A stretch of 62,177 nt of DNA, the filler included, from Jimgerdemannia flammicorona (lineage: Eukaryota): NCBI GenBank assembly GCA_003990765.1. It is 3 parts of 3 records of this genome, joined end to end, with 100 filler letters (N's around TTAATTAATTAA, not from the genome) between each part and the next. Parts side by side here need not be neighbours in the genome. Positions count along the whole stretch, not along the records: positions 20,762 to 41,421 come from RBNJ01001625.1; 2 more parts are not named here. The stretch is one strand, 5' to 3'. Below the pieces are notes generated by a model. It was not told the origin of the DNA, did no database searches, and saw only the letters and a list, made by a program, of their open reading frames with translations. The translations under genes and the position numbers were made by a program. Positions 23,801 to 34,832 of this stretch are shown in pieces (the stretch's first letter is position 1; each line of letters starts with the position of its first letter).

Positions 23801-26688
23801 ATCTAGTATTCAAGCCATCAATAGAACTCTGAGAAAGATATCACCTCCTTCTGATAGAAGAATAAATCTATGACCAGATATCACTAATTCACATTCCCAT
23901 CTAAAACCGGGGCTTTGAAATAGTGACAATCTCTAAAGGAATAACATTGGGATATTTTGAACTACTGATAGATATCTATGAGGAAGAAGCCTTTGAATTT
24001 TTGGGAAATAGCAAGCCCTTTCCAGTGAAACTAATAATATTAGAGAGGAAGACTCAGCAATCAAAGCCATTAATATCAAAACAACTCTAACTAAGGACCA
24101 GCAACAATAGATACAGAAGTTGATAAAAGAATATGAAGATATATTTATCACTATAATCAATAACTTCCCACTATATCAATATAGAGAATATATTATATAT
24201 AGAAGATACCAAACTAATCCAATAGTGCCCCTACTAAATACCATATTATCTGATTAAGTTCAAATAATAATATATAGATAAAATGCTATAAAATGGAGTT
24301 ATCAGATCCTCATCAAGCCCTTGGACTTTACTAGCAATCATAGTACCAAAGAAAGAAGAATGGAGACTAGTTGTAGATTTCAGGAAACTCAATAAGATTA
24401 CTATAGAAGATACCTACCCACTACTCAGAATTGATGACCTCCTCAATGCTCTAGGAAAAGCCAAGTATATAACCACTACTGATCAGTTTCAAGAATTCCA
24501 AGTAATACCTATTACTGAGAATAATATTTGCAAGATGGCCTCCATTATCAGATAAGGATAGTTTGAATACCTCCAAATGCTATTTAGACTCTATAATATG
24601 TCAGCCTCATTCTAGTGAATGATAAACTATATCTATTAGAACCATATTGGAAAAAATGTACTAGTATATATAGATGATATAATCATCTACTCTGAGACAT
24701 TTGAATAACACTTGTAAGACCTCTGTAAAGTATTTGACACCATCTGAAACTCAGGACTCAGACTCAATACCAAGAAGTACTTCTTTAGAAAACACTAAGT
24801 TAAATATCTGAGATATGTGGTTTCAGCTAAGGAAACCCATACTGATCTACATAAGATAGAGAAAGTTAAGAATTATCCAACTTCTATTTCAGCAAAGGAA
24901 GCTTTATCCTTTCTCATATTGATATCTTACTACTAGTGATTTATTCTAAGATTTTCAGACAAGGCAGTCCCACTATATAATATTTCCAAGAAAGACCAAC
25001 CATTCTACTAGAAAGAAGAACAACAGAAGTCCTTTGACCTACTTAAGAAGGCTCTCACTAAAGCCTCTGTCTTAGTGTAATCAGACTTTGATAAACCATT
25101 CATTCTAACAACTAATATATCTGCTCTTGGACTTAGATCAATTCTATTCCAGTAAGATGATCAGAAGAAAAAATATATCATTGAGTATACTAGTAAGGCC
25201 ACTAACAAAACACAAGTGAACTGTGGAGCTACCAAGCTAGAATGTCTTACAGTAGTATAGGCTATAGATCACTTTAGACACTATCTTTTAGAAAAGAGAT
25301 TTGTTCTTATCACTAACTACTAAGCTTTATAATAGTTGTTCAACAATAGGAATCTTTGCTAGATGGATCATATCTCTGTAAGAATATCAGTTCACTACTA
25401 TCTATAAGAAAGGTATCAAGAATTCCAATATAGATACTCTATCAAGAATTCCATGAACTCAAGTAAAGGAGTTCCTATAAGAAAAGACTGCTTCCTATTT
25501 ATCCAAATAAATCAAGAACTATGCCTTGCTCTCATCTGGAGGCTGTACCACAGAAGCTTCAAGAAAGGAATTCAGCCAGTCCATAAGCTGTTTATTCAAA
25601 GAAATTTTAAGAAATTTCAAGAAGACAATGATAAACTTTAGAGAGTAGAAGGAGATCAATATACCTGAGTTCTATAAGAAGATAAAATACCAAAGATACT
25701 TATAACCAACTATGATCAAAATGCATACTGAGAAATTGAAGCCACTATTACAAGAATCAAGAAGAGATACTGGTGGCCAAAAATGAGAAAATAAATTTCA
25801 ACTTACATTCAACAATGTGATATCTGTCAAAGATACTGATAAAAGCCAACTGATAAAGTATTACTAATACTAATCACAGTATCAGCTAGAGTCTTTTAGA
25901 GACTAAGAATAGATATTATTAGTTCTCTATTAGTAACCTGCTAAGGAAGATGCTATATTCTCACTATTGAAGATCACCTAACAAAATGGCCTAAAGCTTT
26001 CACCATTGAGACTGCTGATGCTCAGACAATTATTGAAATTTTATATAATGAAATTTTCAGCCACTATGGGGTCTCCAAGGAAATCATCACAGACTAAGGC
26101 TGAAAATTTGTCAACAAAGTCATGAAGACCTTAGTAAGCAACTTCAAGATTAAACTATGCCCAACAACAGCCTACTACTCATAAGCCAATAGACTTACTG
26201 AACAAATGAACCAGACCATCAAGTAAGGCCTCAGCAAAACTAGAGATCAGCTAAACTGAGATATATATCTTTCAGTAATCCTATTCAGTATTTATACTTT
26301 AAAGACAACTACTATGCAACAAATCCCTTTTTATTTAGTATATGGCCAAGAAGCACAAGACCCTAATGAGCTAATCCAGTTAAATTTGACAAAACAAGTC
26401 ACTGAAGAGATCATCTGATTATATAAAGTATGCCAACAAGTATAAGGATTTATTGCCAAAGTATAAGAATAGCAAAAGAAGTATTATAACTGCAAAGCTG
26501 ACCTAGAACCTCTACTTATTGATCAATAAGTCTTGGTATATTATACTATCATAGAAGGAAACTAGAGTATCAAACTTGAACTGAAATGAGAAGAACCTTA
26601 TCTCATATATCAAGTATTTATGAATCATACTTATTAACTCAAGATCTTGGATAGAGTTATACTTAAGAGTAAGATATATTATAACTAT
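20852..26688 (+). mobile_element. Decayed Ty3/Gypsy element B: gag knuckle, protease, Cys-rich insert, dUTPase, RT, RNase H, separate integrase; cut by element C
   Basis: CFNCRNQGHIQRFC near 21080, ILIDT near 21812, dUTPase GYDL/EEGVIDQNY at about 23290-23640, RT SSPW/DFRKLN/YIDD at 24310-24680, RNase H 25095-25456, integrase RYWWPKM..CDIC to 26688. Confidence 0.9.
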
Positions 26689-28240
26689 TATAACAGTGAC
26701 TCCAGAATGATGACATCAGTATAGGAGACAGTCTTTTCTTACAAGCTACCATATCAGAGCACAAGAAGATTATACAATATATGAGATAAGTAATGATGAC
26801 CAACTGTAAGTCATTGTGACCACAGTACAAGTATCTTGAGGAATATTAAAGAAGGATCAAGGAACTGCAGTAGCAGCAACCAATAAGACCCACCAATTCC
26901 AAAATAGCTCAAAGATTTACCACAAACAAAATACCTGCTGCCTACCAAACCTAAAGGTCAAGAAACTACCAAGGCATCTCAGTTGAAGAAAGGATATTCC
27001 AAGACATCAGAAGAGCCATGAGGACTCACTCAAGAAGGGCTCCTAGTATCAATCTGAGTACTGGTGACCCTTATCACTATATCCTCTACTGTTGTAAAAT
27101 GGAAACCAGGATCACCATTGCTACTGAATGCCTCTAAATATAGCAGAAGTATGAAATAGGAAACCTCCTCTGCCAGGAGTTTCCACAGGCCAGCCCTCAA
27201 GAGCTACAAAATGCCACTCCCATGGATATATGTAAGGCAAGGATGGCTAAGAAGATCCATCAGATCTTCAGACATGTATCATGGTCAATTCCCAACTTAG
27301 AGTATGTTAGAATCTCAGACTTCAGAGACCTGTTATCTTGCCATATCAATACACTAGAAGCCAGAGTAGCCACAGAAGCCCAGTCCACTATCACCCTCAA
27401 TAGTAATGAAGTAGAAGACTTCTGATATCCCATCCTTCAGAACAAAGACCAATTCCTACAAGGATTGATCTCAGTATTCCAAGGCCCAAGCATCTAGGTT
27501 AGACCTCTCCAAGATCCCACATTTGTTCCCTATTTTGTAGAAAAGAACCTCATAGACTGGAGAGCTCCAGACCTCCTTCCTGCCACCAAACATGATGACA
27601 TCATTGCTGATGACATCATCCCATATAACATATATGAGATATATAATGAAGCATGTAAAGTATATGAAATACACAACCTATGTGATGATGATGAATTTGC
27701 AGACCTCATCTCCTTCAAAGACATCCTGACCTCTGATGATGAAGCCTCTATAGTCTTGAAAATTCTGCTCTAAGTCCCTTGATAATACTGAATAATACCA
27801 GTACCAATATTTTGATATAATACTGAATAATGCCAGCACTGGTATTTGGATGTGACACTGAATTATACTAGCATCTTGAACCTATACAACCATTAGTGCC
27901 AATCCTGGAACTTAGCAGTTTTTCCTGTCCTGGCATTTTATTTTAGTTATTGAATTTATATTTAGCTTTATATCTTAGCAACCATTGAATTATATTTTGT
28001 ATAAATACTCCTCTTATTTCCTCTGAAATAAAGTCAGTTCCTCTCAGTGCAATATATATACTTCCTTGTAAGCAATCTAAGAGATAACAAGACAGTTTAA
28101 AGATAAGAAGTTTGAGGACTATAAGACCTTAGAAAGGCACTCTAATAAAAACTTGCTTATAACAAACTTGAGTTAGTCTAAGAGATATACCTTGAAGAGA
28201 ATCTGGCATATTTGAAGAACTCAGCAACTACTATATGACA
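26689..28240 (+). repeat. 5' LTR of element C (1552 bp)
   Basis: Starts TATAACAGTGAC (decayed TGTAACGG) and ends TGACA. Homologous to 34413-34832, 54023-55582 and 47831-48330. About 38-bp repeats at 27780-27880; TATA/AATAAA at 27998-28032. Confidence 0.9.
26931..27773 (+). pseudogene. LTR U3-encoded accessory protein (281 codons, no frameshift, a few substitution stops)
   Basis: One continuous frame from ATA (ATG in the other copies) CCT GCT to CTG CTC TAA. Includes ORF 27222..27425 with KKIHQIFRH and an acidic tail. Confidence 0.75.
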
Positions 28241-28242
28241 AC

Positions 28243-28260
28243 TTAGTATCCATTGGCTGG
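28243..28260 (+). promoter_or_regulatory. Putative primer-binding site (tRNA not assignable)
   Basis: Directly after the LTR; reads TTGGTGCCCATTGGCTGG in the better preserved copy D (54003-54020, minus). Confidence 0.55.
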
Positions 28261-30459
28261 TGATTCAAGATGAATCCCTCACTTTCAAGCTGAAAAATGA
28301 ACAACCCCCACAACAACTACTCTGACTACAAGAGTTACCCCTGCAAGAATTCAAGATAAGATGAAAATGCATCTCTTCATATTCTATAGATATACTACTG
28401 AAGAGTCAATCCTGACCTTCATTAAAGACTTTGAACAATTTGCCACCATACGAGCCCTTGGTATGGATGCACAATTGGCCCTTCTACCAGTCAGCCTCAG
28501 AGGACCTGTCAGAGACAAGTTCAATGCAGCCACTATTGCTGATAATGGTGCAGCTAAACTTACCAACATGAAGGCCTTCCTCAGAACAATATACTATACT
28601 GAAGAGATCAAGCAAGCTCTCAAGGATCAACTCAATACTATCTACCAAGGACTTAGTGAAGATCCCAACTCATTCTATACCTGAATCTGCCACCAGATTG
28701 TCTTGGCTGGCTATGATAATGCCCTCAAGGAATAAATAGCAAATTCAACCTTCCTTAAAGGAGTTCACTCTGAAATTGCCCTAGCAATCTAGTCTACCCC
28801 AGCTGCACTGACCCTTGATCAGAAAGTGGTCTTTGTATAGAGATATTGAACTATCAGACACTGTGCCAAACATTTAATAGAGAAAATAACTGATATTAAG
28901 ATAGAGCCATCAAAGCTAACTAGTATTATACTGACTATAGTTGTAAACAGACAACTAATCCCACCCACCCCCAAGGTAGCCAAAGCTGACCCAGTGAAAG
29001 ATCTTGCCAAGCAGTTTGCCGAGATGACTGTACCCTTGGTGATATTGTTAGAGAAGTCTGAAGCACCAACAGGAGACCAGTGCAAAGATTTGCAGCTGCT
29101 ACAGAAGAATACAATATTATATGCTTTAGATGTGGAGAAGAAGACCACTATATAAAGAATTGCATAACTGAAACAAGACACAAAGCCCAATCAAGCAATA
29201 CTAGCAGAACCAGAGAACAAACTAATGCAGTAGTCATCGAGGAGATTGGTGATACTGATGATGAAGAAAACTATGAGAAGCTTAAATTCTACCCTGCTAC
29301 TGAAGGTACCAGAACTCAGTCCAAGCTCTATGATAAGAAGAGCAACAGCAAGCCAGTTGGAAGACCAAAGAAGACCCCAGCTGTCACTATTCAAAGCAAG
29401 ACTCAATCTGAGGAGATTGATCAAGACATAGAGTTAGATAAAGCTGTCTGTCAAATTATCAAAGGCATTACTCCAGTCTCAGGAGAAAGCAAAAGCAAGA
29501 AGAAACAGAAGCTGCACAAGACCAAGATCCACCAGTATGATATTTACAAGAACCTTAAGGAATAGAAGGTCAATGTTACTTTTGGACAACTAGCTGAAGT
29601 TTCTGCCTTCAGACAACAGTTGAGAGTAGGACTTGCAACTACCACCAAGAATCAAGAGTACAAGATTATAGAAGCTCACAATATACAGGAAGAATCTGAA
29701 AACTCAGGTGAAGAATCTGAAGACCAGTGCAAGACATCAGCCTATACCCTATGTCAGATCGAAGACTGTATCTTTAATACCATCATTGATACCAGTGCTG
29801 AAGGATGCCTCATGAGCAAGAAGGCAATTGACAGCCTAGGTTGGGATATTGAAGAGTCCACTAAGATGGTCTATGTCATAGCAGATAATATATGAGCTAC
29901 CCTCCTTGGTAAAATCGGAGAAGTCTCCATCAAGATAGGAGGAGCTACTATCCCAGTAGACACGATTGTTATAAGTACCACTAATTATGACATCCTTATT
30001 AGCAACCAATGGCTTCACAAGACCAAGGCTATCATTGACATCAATGCTCAGAAGATATAGATCAATTATAGAGGAAGAAAGGTATGAGTCTCTATCAATG
30101 TCTACAAAGGAGTCCTACCAGATATGGAGAAAGGAGATGAAGAGGATACAGAAGTCTTCATGCACTCAGTGAATAAGAACAAGAACAAGACACTCAAGCT
30201 CACAGATGAGCAGTGGTACAACAAGATCATCAATAGCTATGCCCCTCAAGGAAGATGTCCCCATGGTACTCGAATGTACTGCTCTGAACACCTGAATGAC
30301 TGCTGGTCCTATATCAGTGAAGTCAGGAAAATCTGCCAACAGAAACATAAGCAAGAAGCTGCTGAAGTAAAAAGGAAAGCTGAAGAAGATGACCAGCCCC
30401 CAGAACTTCAGGCTGACAGTGATAATGAGGAGGAACAAGAATCAGACATCACCCTCAAG

Positions 30460-30864
30460 GTCAAGAAGTTTCACCCTGAAGCCAAGATCCCAGAATACAA
30501 GACTGAAGGAGTTATAGGAATGGACCTTGCCAGCATTCAAGATGCTATCCTTAAACCACAGACCACTACCCTACTTGGCACTGGAATTGGAGTCAAGTTG
30601 CCAGAAAACTATACCAGAATTATCAAGACCAGGAGCAGTCTGGCCAAAAGTGAAATCTCAGTTGAAGGAGGGGTAATTGACCCTGATTACACTGGTGAGA
30701 TCTTCCTCATAGTCAGGAATCACAACTCCACCACTCCATTTGAAGTCAAGAAGCATGACAGGATTGGCCAGATGCTGATTTACGAAATCAAGAAATCCAA
30801 GATCACTGAAGCCATCAAACTCATCAAGACCAAGAGAGGAGAACAAGGCTTTGGATCTACTGGA
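30460..30864 (+). CDS. Trimeric dUTPase domain within the Gypsy polyprotein (frame still open)
   Basis: All five motifs present: GMDL, RSSLAK, GVIDPDYTGEI, DRIGQML, RGEQGFGSTG. Confidence 0.92.
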
Positions 30865-31379
30865 AGAGGAGTCTATACCACTACCAAGATTACTGAACTT
30901 GAATACAAGAAAGACAAGGACCAGAACAAGCACACATACACTATTGGAGAAAACCTTCTCCTGGAAGAACAACTTCTCAAGATCCTGCACCAGAATGAAG
31001 AAGTACTTACAATCAAGAACCCAAGTACTACTATGAAGTTGACACTGGTGATACCAAGCCCATCTATCAGAAAGCCAGACCTATACCACCTACCTACAGA
31101 GAATGGCTGTGAGCAGAACTCAAGGAAATGGAAGAAGCCAGAATTATCAAGCAAGCTATTAGTCCCTGGGTTTCACTCATTGTCCTTGCTCCAAAGAAAG
31201 GAAGCAAGCCTGGAGAGTTTGTGTCAAGACTCTGCATTGACTACAGAAAGCTCAATGCCATCACCAAGAAGGATAGGCAGCCCTTGCCAAATATTCAAGA
31301 AATCCTTACCACCCTCAGAAGTGAAGCCAAATACTACACTACCTTGGATCTATTCTCAGGCTTTCATCAGATTGGTCTC

Positions 31380-31859
31380 TTTTTTTTTTTTTTTTTTTTT
31401 TTTATAGTCCCTTGGACTCCATCTTTATTACCAGTCTATGAATAAGTATACAATATCACTGCCCACTAACCGATCCCCATCTGGGGGCCCCACCCCACCT
31501 CTTCACAAATAAAGACCACCCTCTCACCAACAACTCCAACCCTCCCACCACTCTGACCACAGATTTTCACCACCAGGCGGCGCCTCCGACTCCCCTGCAG
31601 CCCCCAACCAAGCCACCAGCCTGTCAAGGTATCCTCCATAAGGAACTGCCACCTTGCCAACCGGCTCCCCAAGCTCTGTCGCTTCTCCTCCTCAAATACA
31701 AACAGCCAGTGGCCGGCCAGCCCAACCCAAATAGCCAATGCCCATCCTAGCATAATCCACTCTTCCCCTACCCCTCCTATCAATCGATCCCTCAGGTCCT
31801 CCCACCTCCCCCTTACATCATCACCCCTATGCCTTACCCCCAATCAGTCCCCAATGGCC
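31380..31859 (-). mobile_element. 5'-truncated LINE insertion with poly(A) tail inside the RT of element C
   Basis: Poly(T) from 31380. Minus-strand end AATAAAGATGGAGTCCAAGGGACTAT(A)n. TSD TTCAT(C/T)AGATTGGTCTC at 31363-31379 and 31860-31876. Confidence 0.92.
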
Positions 31860-32852
31860 TTCATTAGATTGGTCTCACTCAAGATGCCAGTGAGAAATCA
31901 GTCTTTATCATATCTGATATCATCTATATTTATCTGCAAATGCCATTTGGAATGTGCAATATCCCAACAAACTTCCAGTGAATGATGAATAGAGTCTTCA
32001 GCAATGAGATTGGAAAATGGCTCTTTGTCTATGTTGATGATGTGATCATCTTCAGCAATACTATATAGAAACATATCAATCACATACAGCTAGTCCTCAA
32101 GAAGCTCAAGGAGTATGGCCTTTACATCAAGCCCAAGAAATGCTAGTTAGCAGCTCAAGAAATCACCTACCTAGGACACCTCATCAATCAGATCAGAATT
32201 CACACAGACCCCATGAAGATTGAAGCTATTGCAGCCTACCCGAGACTCAGAATGACTACAGAAGACCATACCTTCTTTGGACTGGCCAGCTACTACAGAA
32301 GATTCATCAAAGGATATTCCAACATTACAGCACCTATCTATGAGCTACTGAAGAAGAAAACCAAATTCAAATGGACCAAGGAGTACCAAGAAACCTTCAA
32401 TGAACTCAAGACCAGGTTGACCCAAGTACCTATCCTCAGAAGATCAGATTGGAACCTAGAATTCATCCTGCAGACAGATGCAAGTGGCATAGGACTTGGA
32501 GCAGTCCTAGCTCAGAAGAAATATAGATATAAATATATCATCTCCTATGCAAGCTGAGGTACCTGCAGAGCAGAACAGAACTATGAGTCATGCAAGCTTG
32601 AATGCTTAGCAGTAGTTTGGACAGTAGACAAGTTCCACTACTACCTAGATGGAAAATAATTCACCATTCAAACAGACCATTCTACTCTTGCCTAGCTATT
32701 CCACACTCTGAACCCCAAAGGAATATATACCAGATGGATCTACAGACTGCAAGAGTATGACTGTACTATTAAGTACTACTCAGAAAGAACCAACACCAAT
32801 ACTGATGCACTTTCAAGGATACCCTGAAATACCCCCATCAAGACTATTCAAC

Positions 32853-34050
32853 ATGAATAAGGAGCTACACTATGGATTAATTAGCTACCTTGGACAGCAG
32901 AAGATGCCCAACCACCTTGAACTCTGGACAATCACTATCATCAACTGGACTTGAAAACAGTTTGAACTAGATAATACTATACTCAGAAAAGGAGAAAAGC
33001 TAGTAATATCTGAATACAAGAAGTATCAAGTAATGAAGGAAGTATATGAGCAAGGATATCTAGGAGGAACTAATATATATGATAAAGTAAAAAGAACCAT
33101 GTGGTGGTCCAAGATAGAAGAAGACCTGTACCAATTTGTCAAAGAGTGTGACAAGTGCCAAAAACAGAAATAAGATCAGCAAGACCAGACACCCAGATCA
33201 TTAAGAATAGAGCCTATCCCCTTCTACCACATCACAATGGATATCATTGGGTCACTACCTGTAATACTATCAGGAAACTGCTATATTATAGTTATTGTAG
33301 ACCTCTTCACCAAATGGATAGAGGCAGGAGTATTATAAGAAGTCAATGCCCTCTCTATAGCTGACTTCCTATACTGAGAAATCATCTGCCACTACAAGAC
33401 ACTAAAACAAATCACAACAGACCACAGCACCAAATTTATCAATAGATTCCACAAGATAATGTATCAGAAATATAAGATCTAGCACATCAAGACCACTATA
33501 TACCACTCTCAAGAAAATGGACAGATAGAAAGAACCAACAAGACCCTCTAGAACATCCTGGTGAAGATCTCAGAGATATATGAGAGTTGGGATAATTACC
33601 TCCCAACTGCCCTCTCTGTCCTATGAGACATATGGTCACAGAGCATACACTTTACCCCAAAAGAACTGCTCTTTGGAGAAGAAGATTCTGATGGAACCTC
33701 AGCTACAAATCTAGACCTAACTTGGAGATAGGTTGATGCAGAAATCCAGAGACTACACCAAATCAGAAAGAAGGCTGAAGATTACATTATCAAGTTACAA
33801 GTACTGATAAGAAAGAATACAGAACAGAATCACAAGACCCTAGAACCCATCTGAATCAGAGAAAAGGTCCTACTATATTGAAATATGATAGAAGCCTCAT
33901 AGTCATGAAAACTAGAGCCCAAATAGGAAGAACTCTTCTATATACAAGATATCAAGGAAACTACCTTCTGGCTTAGAAAAATCTCAGAGACCATACTGCC
34001 TACTATGGTATATAGGAACAGACTCAAGAGGTACTACAAACCTATATAAG
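32853..34050 (+). pseudogene. Integrase ORF of element C (own ATG, +1 frame relative to RT-RH)
   Basis: MNKELHYGLISYL..., WWSK..CDKCQ, VDLFTKWIEA, TDHS, YHSQENGQIERTN, NRLKRY. Confidence 0.85.
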
Positions 34051-34412
34051 AGAAGCAAATATAATGACTGCCTGTGAGGTTCTAGTCTACAAATCATAAC
34101 AGCATGTCCTGTGACCAGCAGGCTATCTGTCTAGACCATTCTCTAAGGAATACAGCACCAGCAACTACTTATTCATGAAACTTTCAAAGCTAGAGGAGTT
34201 TGAACTATCAACTGATTGGTCAAGATCAGAATCAGATCCTTGCTCTAAATGAAGGGAGTGACCCTTCACCATCATACCAAAATACAAAGAGAAGATGTTA
34301 GCTCATAAATACCACTTTTCAACCCCTTGCCAGAGATTATGGGATCAGCAAATTTTTCAAAACTGGATCAATGAATAAGGATGCTCAAGAAGATCCTTAT
34401 TTAGGAGGAAGA

Positions 34413-34832
34413 TATAATAGTGACCCCAGAATGATGACATCAATATAGGAGATAGTCTTTCCTTGCAAGCCACCATATCAGAGCACAAGAATATTATATG
34501 GCATACAAGATGAGCAATAATGACCAACTGTGAGTCATTGTGACCACAGTACAAGAATCTTGAGGAATATAAAAGAAGAATCAAGAAACTGCAGTAGCAG
34601 CAACCAACAAGACCCACCAATCCCAAAATAGCTTAAAGACTTACTACAAACAAAATGCCTGCTGCTCACCAAACCTCAAGGTCAAGAAACCACTAAGGTA
34701 TCTCAGTCAAAGAAAGGATGTTCTAAGATATCAGAAGAGCCATAAGGACCCACTCAAGAAGGACTCCTAGTATCAACCTGGATACTGGTGACCTTTATCA
34801 CTATATTCTCTACTACTGTGAAATAGAAACCA
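34413..34832 (+). repeat. Truncated 3' LTR of element C
   Basis: Follows PPT AGGAGGAAGA; matches 26689-27108 and stops abruptly at the LINE. Confidence 0.88.

Larger units (their letters stand above)
28361..32827 (+). pseudogene. gag-PR-dUTPase-RT-RNase H polyprotein of element C
   Basis: CFRCGEEDHYIKNC, IIDTSA, dUTPase, SPWVS/RLCIDYRKLN/YVDD, LQTDASGIGLGAVL, DALSRIP*. ORFs 29080, 29620 and 30124 share one frame. A 22-nt deletion near 31008 and the LINE insertion disrupt it. Confidence 0.9.
26689..34832 (+). mobile_element. Ty3/Gypsy element C with 1.55-kb ORF-bearing LTRs and dUTPase; 3' LTR cut by a LINE
   Basis: 5' LTR 26689-28240 matches 34413-34832. Putative PBS follows 28240. PPT 34403-34412. 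Full set of gag/pol motifs. Same family as 47831-55582. Confidence 0.93.

Noticed and set aside
30460..30864. Viral or host dUTPase gene
   Set aside because: In frame within the retrotransposon polyprotein between PR and RT, with no introns
34104..34660. Possible nef-like ORF running from behind integrase through the PPT into the 3' LTR
   Set aside because: The frame has many stops and differs by a 1-nt indel between elements C and D. Homology between families begins only at the MP..QTSR start inside the LTR.
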